From NCBI GenBank assembly GCA_951406725.2, contig OX597822.1, positions 80,104,001-80,168,000 on the forward strand: a stretch of 64,000 nt of DNA, written 5' to 3'. The notes below the pieces were generated by a model. It did no database searches. It was given only the letters and a program-made list of their open reading frames with translations, and was not told the origin of the DNA. The position numbers and the translations under genes are program-made. This stretch comes from Octopus vulgaris (taxonomy: Eukaryota). This document shows positions 22,336 through 41,412 of the stretch, piece by piece (positions within the stretch are counted from its first letter, which is position 1; every line of letters begins with the position of its first letter).

Positions 22336-24805
22336 TGTGCATCATTAACCACGGCATCCCTAGTCCACGCTTTAACGGTTTTTGACAACAAATAGAGCGT
22401 CTCACAAGTGGTTTCGAGCCCTTCCAAAAGAAGTGAAAGAGCTGTCTCTCCAACTTGATCAACCACGAATCCGGGCAAAGCACGACGGCAAGGCGGTAGG
22501 TGATCACCGACGCGATAAACACATTGGCTACCTCCGCCCTACCTTTCAAGGATAACCACCGCCAAGACCAACTCTTGGCTACTGCAGCCACCTTGCTCGA
22601 TACCTCGCTCCAGTTCTTCTCTATTTGGAGGTCTGGACCAAACCAAACCAACTTAATCGGGCCCTCCGTCCAACGTCCCACGACGCTGTCTGGAGGCATC
22701 GACTTGCCTCTCCAGGTGCCGAGTTGCAAGCCGACCGACTTTTCACGATTAACTTTTGCTCCTGTCACCGTCTCGTAAACCTCTATGGCCTTGCCTACTT
22801 TACGTAGGAGGTCCACTTCGGTCACGATGATAGTAATGTCATCCGCGTACGCCGAAACCGACATATCACGTCCTGGTTGCCTCGGACCGGGCGTTTGACC
22901 TTGAACGGCTTAGAAAGAAAGCCGTTCACCCGAACTACCGAGTCGACGTTGTCGTACATTTCTATGATCCACCTGAGGAAGCCAAGACCCAGGCCGAACT
23001 GAGCCAGAACGGACACCAGGTAATGATGGTCGACCCTATCGAAAGCTTTTGACTGGTCTAAATGGACCACTGCCCCCTCCCTTGCCGGGATTGTTATTCA
23101 TTCCCTCTATCGTGTATCTAATAAGATGGAGATTATCCTCAATGGATCTGCCCGGTACGGCGCACGTTTGCGCCTTCCCAATCAGTCCATTCGCGACACG
23201 CGCCAATCTGTTCGATAACACTTTGGCCAAAATCTTCAGCTCTGCGTTAAGCAGTGATGGGCCTAAAATTATCAATGACATCCCCCTTGCTCGGGTCCTT
23301 CCTGACTAGTGTCACCACTCCCTGGCGCACAGATCTGGGAATAAACCCATTCTGCTGCCAGTTTGCGTAGACGATCGCCAGTAAGTCCCCGAACAAGTCC
23401 AGCATCCTTTTATAAAGCTCGTACGGCAGACCATCCAGTACCGGCGCCTTACCTGCACCGCAGTCTGCCATGGCCTCTACTACCTCCTCAGGTGTGATCG
23501 GCTCCTCACTACACTTCGCGTCCTGCCCCGAGAGGCGCGGCAGCCCTTCGAGGAGGTCCGTTAGGCCCCTCCTCCTATACGGTCCCCCTCCCCAAAGAGC
23601 TGGGCGAAGTGGTTCTGAAAAGCTTGACACATCTCCTCGGGCTCGTCTGTCAACTTACCCTGTTGGTTCGTCAGAGATCGAATTGTAGCATCGTTGCCAC
23701 GTTGGGCTTCCACCACTCGGGCCCATCCTGCAGCCTTGATTCCTTCGCACCCCATTGTACGTTGTCTAGCCCTGACAATACAACCCATGTGTTTGGCTTC
23801 GAGGTGCTGGTTAAGAACCAGTCTCTTGACCCTCAACTGCGCTGCATTGCCAGTTCGCATTTCTTCCTCTAAGTCCTTAACTAGTGTAGTTTCCTTCCTA
23901 GCCTCTCTAGCTACAAGATTTGTACTATACCTAATAGACTCATATTTTATGGCTCGCCTGAGGGCATAGCACCATTTGTTGTTGATGATGGAACCGGTCA
24001 TGGCCCTCTGGATCATTAACCTAATCCTGTCACTGTACTTCTTAATCGCCAAAAGGGACGTATTAAGTTTCCAGTAACCAGGACCTCTATTTATCTTATC
24101 TACGTCTAGCCTACAGGTGACCATCTTGTGGTCACTGTACCTGACTATGTGGAGCTGTGGATTCTTAACTAGGTTTCTATCTACCTTCCTAATTAATATC
24201 CTGTCTATGTATGACCTGGACGATCCGTCGCTGCTTGACCATGTCCACAATGGAGCGTCCGGATGTTCCAGTCTATATGGATCTACCAGCTCAAAACGTC
24301 TTAGTAGATCCAGGAAGCAAGCATTTCCTTTTCTATCTGTTTGCGAGCCTACACAGTCTACCCGCACATCGCAGATTGTGTTGAGGTCTCCTAACATTAC
24401 TAAAGGGTACGATGTACTCAGAAACTTCTCCAGGTTCCGAAAATAATCACTTTGCCCCTTATTGCAGGGTGCGTAAACCGCAACCAGTCGGATTGTCTTA
24501 CGACTACTGAACGTCAAATCAACGACGACCAGCCTACCTTCTGGATCTGAAAAAATCAACCTTTTCTCAGAAACACGGTTCTTTTTAACCAGGACCAACA
24601 CCCCGCTTCCGCCGACCGACGGGTTCGGAGAGATAATTCCCTCGTAGCCGCCGAACAACGGGAGCAGATCTCTTGGCCCCTTTAACCGGGTTTCTGTGGC
24701 AACAACATCTAGATCCCGTGACCTGATGTCATTTAGGAAGCGCCCTTGCTTCAAGCTCGCCATCAGGCCACGCACATTTATGCACCCTAAACAAATGCGA
24801 GACAT
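22336..24805 (-). pseudogene. Tx1 ORF2 endonuclease/reverse transcriptase with multiple frameshifts and an RT deletion
   Basis: Split over ORFs 23561-24805, 23247-23630, 23036-23281, 22822-23070, 22313-22864; the QGCPLSP segment is missing near 22880. Confidence 0.88.
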
Positions 24806-24814
24806 TACTTACCT

Positions 24815-26352
24815 TTATTCCGTTTTTCCTTTGGTGGTCGTGGCGGGGAAGACCGCCTTCAATAACGGCTCGTCTATTTCGTGTCTCGGACCAAATATGT
24901 CCTCAGGGTATTGTGCATTTGCTATATTAAAGTTCATCATGTCCATGTTGTATATCTCGACATTTTTATTGAGTACTTTATGCGTTTGTATTTTTTTCGC
25001 TATGGGGTTATCTTTTATTTTCTTTGTTAGGCTATCATTCGATTTGTTTATTGCAACAAATACTGTCTTGTGTTCGAATTCTTTTTCCGGGCTTTGTGGG
25101 GGTGATGGGGAGGAACACGAGGAGGGGGTTGAAATGGAGGGGTAATGCTCGGCACTGAGGGGTGGGGGTGGATTGGGTGGGGGCTTCTCTTTTTGTGGGG
25201 AACCGTGGTTGGGTGGGGATGGTTTTCCCCCCTGAGAGTTTGATTTCTTTTTGATTGTGCCAGGGTTGGTTGGGTTTGTGTCCGCATTCTTTCTCTTTGG
25301 CGTTTTCTTTCGCCTCACCGTTGTGAAGTCGTTCTCTTCTTCTTCTTCCGTTTTTTTCTCTGCTTCTTCTGTCTTTTTTCTTTCTTCCTCTTTCTTGCGG
25401 GTGGGACATTCCATACGGATGTGACCTATCTCGCCACATCCGTAGCAACGTAGCTTTCGCCCCTCCACCACTACCCGCAAGTTAATTTCTTCCCCGAATT
25501 GTATTCCTTCTGGAACTTCCTCCAGTACCTCCGGGGTCGCTTGCACCACCACGTGCAATGCTTGTCCTCTCCAGTTTTCCTTTATCACTCTTCTGATGTT
25601 TATCACAGTTATTTTCTCTTCCAGCCCCATTAACAGTGCTGGAAGCAACCACCTCACGTCGACCACAGGCGGCACATCCTCCACTCTGATAATTGAGGTT
25701 CTCCTCTCTAAATACGGGGGTAATAATATATTATTTCCTCCGTCTTTATTGGTGTTAGGGAGTGTTTTTTGGCCGTTTCTTCATTTCTGAAGTACACCTC
25801 TATTGTTGCAAACTTTCTCCCCCACGTAACGTAGTCTATATCACTCCACACTGGTTTAAGGCATTTCTCAGCTTGGTCTTTAGTTATCCTTTCAATTTTC
25901 TTTTCTCTTATTACATAGGATTTAAAGATTATCGTCCTTTTGAGGGTTTCCTCTTTAATTGTTTGTGGGAGGGCAGCTATCACGTTATTTCCCTCCTTTT
26001 TAAAGATTTTAAAAAACTTTTCATACTCCACCTCCTCCATCTTTATTTCCTCTGTCTTCCTACCTGCAGCGGCAGCGAAGTTAAACGTTTTGGTTTTTTC
26101 ACTTGGTTTGGAACCGTCACACACATTTGCTGATTTCTCAGCTTCATTGGAAGTCAACCCTTCCGCGACTTGAGCCGTTTTCACAGCTTTTTTAACCGGC
26201 GAACCTTCATTCACTTTTGCTGTTTTCACAGCTTCGTTAGAAGTCACACCTTCCGCAACTTTAGCTTCTTCAACAATTTTCACATTTTTTTGTGTAGGCA
26301 AACCTACTACATCTTCATTTTTAGACATTTTTGAACAAGTATTTTTGTTCAT
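24815..26352 (-). pseudogene. Tx1 ORF1 (gag-like, zinc knuckle), one frameshift near 25720
   Basis: ORFs 25708-26352 and 24815-25684; CYGCGEIGHIRMECP followed by a K/E- and P-rich tail. Confidence 0.85.
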
Positions 26353-26875
26353 TTTTTCGTGGAATGTGTGTGTGTTTTTTTTTTCTTTTTGTGTGTGTGT
26401 GTGTGTGTTTCAATGTACAGCAGTTCCTCTCCGTGAGGAGGGGAAAACAAAGTTTTCCTGGTTCAAAACCAGCAACAGTTCAAACAATTTTTTAACAAGA
26501 CAATTTAAACAGGTTTTAACACAATTTCAACAACAATATTTCACTGACAAAAACTCACGCGTGTTCACATCGACGACAAACGGTGTTCTGGTGAGAACGT
26601 AGGTTTTTCGTATCTATTACATTTTAACATTTATTTAGAACCCTGCTAAATTTTCATTTTTTACTACTTTATTATTTTTTCTTAAATTGATGCTTTTATT
26701 AAAATTAATTCTAATTGTCTGGGTCAACAGTTCGTTTCCTCGGAGGATATGGAAATTCCTATTACCCGTCAGAGAAATAACTCCAGCAGCTCACAACTAT
26801 TTCAACAAAGACAAGGTTACCTGCTTACCAGTCGAATTCAGCATCAACGCTCACGTACGAGAGTCACTCCAAAAC

Positions 26876-27240
26876 ACACACGCACACACACACACACACT
26901 CACTCACTCACTCACTCACTCACTCACTCACTCACTCACTCACTCACTCACTCACTCACTCACTCACTCACTCACTCACTCACTCACTCACTCACTCACT
27001 CACTCACTCACTCACTCACTCACTCACTCACTCACTCACTCACTCACTCATTCACTCACTCACTCACTCACTCACTCACTCACTCACTCACTCACTCACT
27101 CACTCACTCACTCACTCACTCACTCACTCACTCACTCACTCACTCACTCACTCACTCACTCACTCACTCACTCACTCACTCACTCACTCACTCACTCACT
27201 CACTCACTCACTCACTCACTCACTCACTCACTCACTCACT
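26876..27240. repeat. (CA)n followed by (CACT)n microsatellite, ~85 units
   Basis: Near-perfect tetranucleotide run 26897-27240. Confidence 0.97.
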
Positions 27241-27296
27241 TGCATACGTGTTTATATATATTTACATATGTATTTGTACACATATATATATATATA

Positions 27297-27806
27297 AGAA
27301 CTAAAAGAAGGACTGGAAGAGCTAAAGAAAAAGCTCAAGCAGGACCAAAGAGTGAAACAACCAGAAATAGAAGTGGAACCGCAAAGGATGGAACCAAACA
27401 GCGCACACGGGTGTGTATGTTCTACCTGAGAGGTTCCTGCTGGCATGGAAAGGAAGGTGCAGGCTGCCGCTTTGCACATCGGGGACCCTGCCACAGAGAC
27501 ACGAGGCAGATGGACAAACCATCAACACAAAGAAAAGGGATGGACCACGCACCACCTGCCCCAAAGCGGAGGTACGCAGATGTTGTGCGCGCCACAAACA
27601 GCCAACATGATGTTGTCGAAAGAGCAGCTGCTGAGCAACAATCTTTTTTGTGCATGGCACAAAAGATTGTGCAGCAGCTGACCTGGCTTCATCAAACCCA
27701 AGCCCGCAGGTGGGACTACCCACTATATACCAGACCACCACAGCAAACAGACACAGGATGGACACCGCCGGCAACAACGTACACCTCACCTCGATACTCC
27801 TACTGA
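27297..27806 (+). CDS. LINE ORF1 C-terminal part with CCCH zinc finger (5'-truncated)
   Basis: CMFYLRGSCWHGKEGAGCRFAH (C-x7-C-x8-C-x3-H); frame open to TGA at 27806, overlapping the ORF2 start. Confidence 0.7.
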   Translation, partial: RTKRRTGRAKEKAQAGPKSETTRNRSGTAKDGTKQRTRVCMFYLRGSCWHGKEGAGCRFAHRGPCHRDTRQMDKPSTQRKGMDHAPPAPKRRYADVVRATNSQHDVVERAAAEQQSFLCMAQKIVQQLTWLHQTQARRWDYPLYTRPPQQTDTGWTPPATTYTSPRYSY

Positions 27807-30758
27807 ACATCAGAGGACTGCAAACACTCAGTAACAGGACAAAGATCCCGTTCCTGAGAGACTTTGTTGCATGCAATCAAGCCATATGCATAGCACTTAC
27901 AGAAACGCACCTGAAACCGGACATAACAGATGCGGAGTTACACATACCACAGTATGCTGGACTACGGACCGACAGGAAAGAAAGGAGTCATGGAGGTGTT
28001 GCTATGTACATCCGTGAGGACCTCACACCCCAGGTCCTCTTGTCATACTCAAACTCGGTGTGTGACACACTAATTGTACATATTAAGCAACTTGATGTAG
28101 TTGTGTGTGCTACATATCGCCCTCCAGATGCCCCAAGCCATGTGGGCAAGTTTGAAGACTGCCTTATAAAAATAGAAGAAATTCTAACCACATTAGAACA
28201 ACACATAGGTGTGCTTCTTATGGGAGACTTCAATCTGCCCAATGTCAGATGGCCCGAGGGCCTTTCTCTCCCAGGAATGACAAGATGTGAACGAGGACAG
28301 GCGAGGTCCCTCCTGAACCTCATCAACACCCTGTACATGGAGCAGGTAATACTCCAACCAACCAGGGCAGGTAACACACTGGATCTCTGCTTCACAAATG
28401 ACATGGATCTCATCCATAATGTGAAAGTGACACCGACACTACTCTCGGATCACAACATGATAGAGCTGACCATGTACGGGCCAAAAGAGAGCACGGACAT
28501 GCAGCCTACAAGAAACCCTCAAAATCTTTCCAGCTTGAACTACCATAAGGCAAACTGGAAACAAATTGAGAAAGAGATCCTCAAACAAAACTGGCCTAAA
28601 TGTCTCTCCTCGCCAGACATCGACGTGAAACTTCAACAATTCATGTCTGTAATGCAAGCCATATGCTACAAATGTGTCCCAGAGAGAAAGGCCACTGTAC
28701 ACAAGAACAAAATCCCCAGAGAGAGGAAAATTTTAATGAGACGGCGTACAAAATTTCAAATCGCCTAAACAAACAGATTGAAAGCAGTGAAAAGTCCCGC
28801 CTAAAAATAAAACTGTTGGAAATCGAAAAATGTCTGCAACTCTCCCATGAAAAAGAAAGAGCAGACAAAGAAGCCTGGGCTATAGAAAACATAAAATCTA
28901 ACCCCAGAGCTTTCTACAGGTATGCCAAAGAAACAGCTACAGTGCACTGTAGAATAGGGCCACTCCTCGAAAAGGATGGCACACTTACAGGAAAACCAAT
29001 GAGGGTAAGTGAAATACTGAATGAGCAATTCAAGAGTGTTTTCACTCCACCCCTTGGGCATCTCCAAATCACCAATCCAACTGACTTTTTTACCACTGCA
29101 GATATAAAATCAGAGGCGGCGACGATAGATTACATCGATATAAAGGAAGACGATGTAACCAAGGCTATAGATGAAATGAAAACAGACTCAGCTACTGGCT
29201 CCGATGGATTCCCGGCAATCCTCCTAAAAGCATGTAAGAGAGTCCTAGCAAGACCACTGCAGTTCCTCTTTCAGAGCTTCCTTGCAGCTGGCAAACTTCC
29301 AGGAAAACTGAAGGAAGGTAAAATATGCCCCATTCATAAAGGAGGTAGCAGAGCGGAAGCCAAGAACTATAGACCTATCTCTCTGACCTCACACATCAGC
29401 AAGGTCATGGAACGAATAGTCAGAAGGAAGCTGATCACCTTCCTTGAAGAGAATGACTTGCTGCCCGACACCCAACATGGTTTCCGACCAGGGAGAAGCT
29501 GTTTAACTCAGCTCCTACAACACTATGACTGGGTGCTGAAACGGCTGCTCAACCACTCAAATGTGGAAGTGATATATCTCGACTTTGCAAAGGCCTTTGA
29601 TAAAGTCGATCATGGAATGATATGTCACAAACTGCGTGATCTCAACATAGTTGGAAAACTGGGAGAATGGCTTCATGACTTTCTGAAGGATAGAAGTCAG
29701 GTGGTAGTAGCCAATGGGGCCACCTCCATTAACACACAAATAGTGAGCGGTGTTCCGCAGGGCACTGTTCTGGGACCACTACTGTTCATAATGGCCCTCT
29801 CAGACATACCCTCAGCCACGCAGAGAGCCACGATCACAAGTTATGCAGACGATACAAAAGTTTCACAGGCAATACAGAACCCTGAGGACACTAAACACCT
29901 GCAATGTGAGCTGGACGAAATATACAAGTGGGCTAAAAACAATAGCATGCAGTTCAATGCTGGAAAGTTTGAAGCTTTATACTATCAGCATGCAAAACTG
30001 AATGCAATACCCAATGAATACACTGAACCCGGAGGGATTGCAATCCCAGAGGCACAATCAGTGCGTGACCTGGGTATTCACATGAGTGATGACGCGACCT
30101 TTCATGTACATGTTGCTAAACTGACAATGAAATGTAGACGGCTGGCTGGCTGGATTCTTAGAACCTTTAGAACAAGAGAACAAGAAACCATGATGGTCCT
30201 CTGGAAGACACTTGTCCTAAGCCACTTTGACTATTGCTCTCAGCTATGGTCACCATCCAGTGTCAAGTTGATCACAGAACTTGAGGCGATCCAACGAAGC
30301 TACACAAAGAAGATAGCCTCTATGCAGAATGTAAGCTACTGGGAAAGACTCAAGAGATTAAAATTATATTATATTCCCTGGAGCGTAGGCGGGAAAGATA
30401 TGCCATAATATACATCTGGAAGATCCTGGAGGGAAGTGTCCTGAACTTTGGCATCGAGAGTTACGCAAATGCCAGAACTGGGCGCCACTGCGTGGTGCCT
30501 AGGACTCCAAACCTGCCATCAAGATGTAGGACAAGATTCTGTGATAGCCTGGGCTTCCGAGGCCCACAGCTCTTCAATATCCTCCCGAAGAACCTGAGAG
30601 ACCTGCATGGGGTGGATACAGATGTCTTTAAAATGAAGCTGGATCTCTTCCTGTCAGGTGTCCCAGATGAACCAACTTCACGGCAGGAGGGGCAGATGAG
30701 GGCAGCTGCATCGAACTCTCTCATGCACCAAATAGCAGTTGCTAGAAAGCCTCCATGA
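27758..30758 (+). pseudogene. LINE ORF2 (APE-RT), frameshifts at ~28752 (A-run) and ~30366 (5-bp insertion)
   Basis: ORFs 27650-28768, 28600-30408, 30492-30758 compared with the open copy 3. Confidence 0.9.
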
Positions 30759-30846
30759 AGTGAAACCAAGTAGCAACACCAAATGGCGGTGCCCCAGCAT
30801 GGCCACAGCTCATAGGCTGAAACTAGAATCAATCAATCAATCAATC

Positions 30847-35757
<4,911 letters not shown>

Positions 35758-38467
35758 GTCATATGGGCAAGTTCGAGGACTGCCTTTTAAAAATAGAAGA
35801 AGTTCTAACCACATTAGAACAACACATAAGTGTACTTCTTATGGGAGACTTCAATCTACCGAATGTCAGATGGCCCGAGGGCCTTTCTCTCCCAGGAATG
35901 ACAAGATGTGAACGTGGACAGGCGAGGTCCCTCCTGAACCTCACCAACACCCTGTACATGGAGCAAGTAATACTGCAACCAACCAGAGCAGGTAACACAC
36001 TGGATCTCTGCTTCACAAATAATATGGATCTCATCCATAATGTGAAAGTGACACCGACACTACTCTCGGATCACAACATGGTAGAGCTGACCATGTACGG
36101 GCCAAAAGAGAGCACGGACATGCAGCCTACAAGAAACCCTCAGAATCTTTCCAGCTTGAACTTCAATAAGGCAAACTGGAAACAAATTGAAAAGAGATCC
36201 TCAAACAAAACTGGCCTGAATGTCTCTCCTCGCCGGACATCGACATGATACTTCAACAATTCATGTCTGTAATGCAAGCCATATGCTACAAATGTGTCCC
36301 AGAGAGAAAGGCCACTGTACACAAGAACAAAATCCCCAGAGAGAGGAAAATTTTAATGAGACGGCGTACAAAAATTTCAAATCGCCTAAACAAACAAATT
36401 GAAAGTAGTGAAAAGTCCCGCCTGAAAATAAAACTGTTGGAAATTGAAAATTGTCTGCAACTTTCCCATGAGAAGGAAAGAGCAGACAAAGAAGCCTGGG
36501 CTATAGACAACATAAAAACTAACCCCAGAGCTTTCTACAGGTATGCCAAAGAAACGGCTACAGTGCACTGTAGGATAGGGCCACTCCTTGAAAAGGATGG
36601 CACACTCACAGGAAAACCAATGAGGGTAAGTGAAATACTGAATGAACAATTCAAGAGTGTTTTCACTCCACCCCTTGGGCATTTCCAAATCAGCAATCCA
36701 ACTGACTTCTTTACCACTGCAGATATAGAATAAGAGGCGGCGACGATAAGTTACATCGAGATAAAGGAAGACGTTGTAATAAAGGCTATAGATGAAATGA
36801 AAATAGACTCAGCTACTGGCCCCGATGGATTCCCGGCAATCCTCCTAAAAGTATGTAAGAGAGTCTTAGCAAGACCACTGCAGTCCCTCTTTCAGAGCTT
36901 CCTTGCAGCTGGCAAACTTCCAAGGGGACTGAAGGAAGGTAAAATATGCCCTATTCATAAAGGAGGTAGCAGAGCGGAGGCAAAGAACTACAGACCTATC
37001 TCTCTGACCTCACACATCAGCAAGGTCATGGAACGAATAGTCAGAAGGAAACTAATCACCTTCCTTGAAGAAAATGACTTGCTGCCTGACACCCAACATG
37101 GTTTCCGACCAGGAATAAGCTGCTTAACTCAGCTCCTGCAGCACTATGACTGGGTGCTGAAACAACTGCTCAACCACTCAAATGTGGAAGTCATATATCT
37201 CGACTTCGCAAAGGCCTTCGATAAAGTCGATCACGGAATGATATGTCACAGGCTGCGTGATCTTGGCATAGTTGGAAAACTAGGAGAATGGCTTCACGAC
37301 TTTCTCAAGAATAGAAGTCAGGTGGTAGTAGCCAATGGGGCCACTTCCATTAACACGCAAATAATGAGTGGTGTTCCACAGGGCACTGTTTTGGGACCAC
37401 TACTGTTCATAATGGCCCTCTCAGACATGCCCTCAGCCACGCAGAGATCCACGATCACAAGTTATGCAGATGATACAAAAGTTTCACAGGCAATACAGAA
37501 CCCTGAGGACACTAAAAACCTGCAATGTGAGCTGGACGAAATATACAAGTGGGCTGAAAAGAATAGCATGCAGTTCAATGCTGGAAAGTTTCAAGCTTTA
37601 TACTATCAGCATGCAAAACTGAATGCAATACCCAATGAATACACTGGACCCGGAGGGATTGCAATCCCAGAGGCACAATCAGTGCGTGACCTGGGTATTC
37701 ACATGAGTGATGACGCGACCTTTCATGTACATGTTGCTAAACTGACAGTGAAATGTAGACGGCTGGCTGGCTGGATTCTTAGAACCTTTAGAACAAGAGA
37801 ACAAGAAACCATGATGGTCCTCTGGAAGACACTTGTCCTAAGCCACTTTGACTATTGCTCTCAGCTATGGTCACCATCCAGTGTCAAGTTGATCACAGAA
37901 CTTGAGGCGATCCAACGAAGCTACACAAAGAAGATAGCCTCTATGCAGAATGTAAGCTACTGGGAAAGACTCAAGAGATTAAAATTATATTATATTCCCT
38001 GGAGCGTAGGCGGGAAAGATATGCCATAATATACATCTGGAAGATCCTGGAGGGAAGTGTCCTGAACTTTGGCATCGAGAGTTACGCAAATGCCAGAACT
38101 GGGCGCCACTGCGTGGTGCCTAGGACTCCAAACCTGCCATCAAGATGTAGGACAAGATTCTGTGATAGCCTGGGCTTCCGAGGCCCACAGCTCTTCAATA
38201 TCCTCCCGAAGAACCTGAGAGACCTGCATGGGGTGGATACAGATGTCTTTAAAATGAAGCTGGATCTCTTCCTGTCAGGTGTCCCAGATGAACCAACTTC
38301 ACGGCAGGAGGGGCAGATGAGGGCAGCTGCATCGAACTCTCTCATGCACCAAATAGCAGTTGCTAGAAAGCCTCCATGAAGTGAAACCAAGTAGCAACAC
38401 CAAATGGCGGTGCCCCAGCATGGCCACAGCTCATAGGCTGAAACTAGAATCAATCAATCAATCAATC
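35758..38467 (+). mobile_element. CR1/L2-group LINE copy 2, 5'-truncated recombinant (copy-3 body, copy-1 3' end)
   Basis: Same 5' breakpoint as copy 3; private 1-bp deletion at ~36191 and TAA at 36731; shares the 5-bp insertion and 3' SNPs with copy 1. Confidence 0.92.

Positions 38468-41412
<2,945 letters not shown>

Larger units (their letters stand above)
22336..26590 (-). mobile_element. Tx1/L1-clade LINE with 5' UTR, ORF1 and ORF2; 3'-truncated and defective
   Basis: ORF1 with a single CCHC knuckle; ORF2 APE (NVRGL, VYAP, GDLN, YIDRIL, SDH, GPGYWKLN) and RT (RPIT.LNAELKILAK, LDQSKAFDRV, YADD, LSLKGRA). Confidence 0.92.
27297..30846 (+). mobile_element. CR1/L2-group LINE copy 1 (partial ORF1, complete ORF2 span, (AATC)n tail)
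   Basis: APE and RT motifs (LNIRGL, TETHL, GDFNLP, LDLCF, SDH, NYRPISLT, QHGFR, YLDFAKAFDKV, GVPQGTVLGP, YADD); (TA)n on both sides. Confidence 0.93.

Noticed and set aside
26687-27304. HSLT-repeat ORFs
   Set aside because: (CACT)n microsatellite translation.
27988-28413. Antisense ORFs repeated in each LINE copy (also 30461-30832, 38082-38453, 43734-44105)
   Set aside because: Shadow frames of ORF2; recurrence reflects copy identity only.
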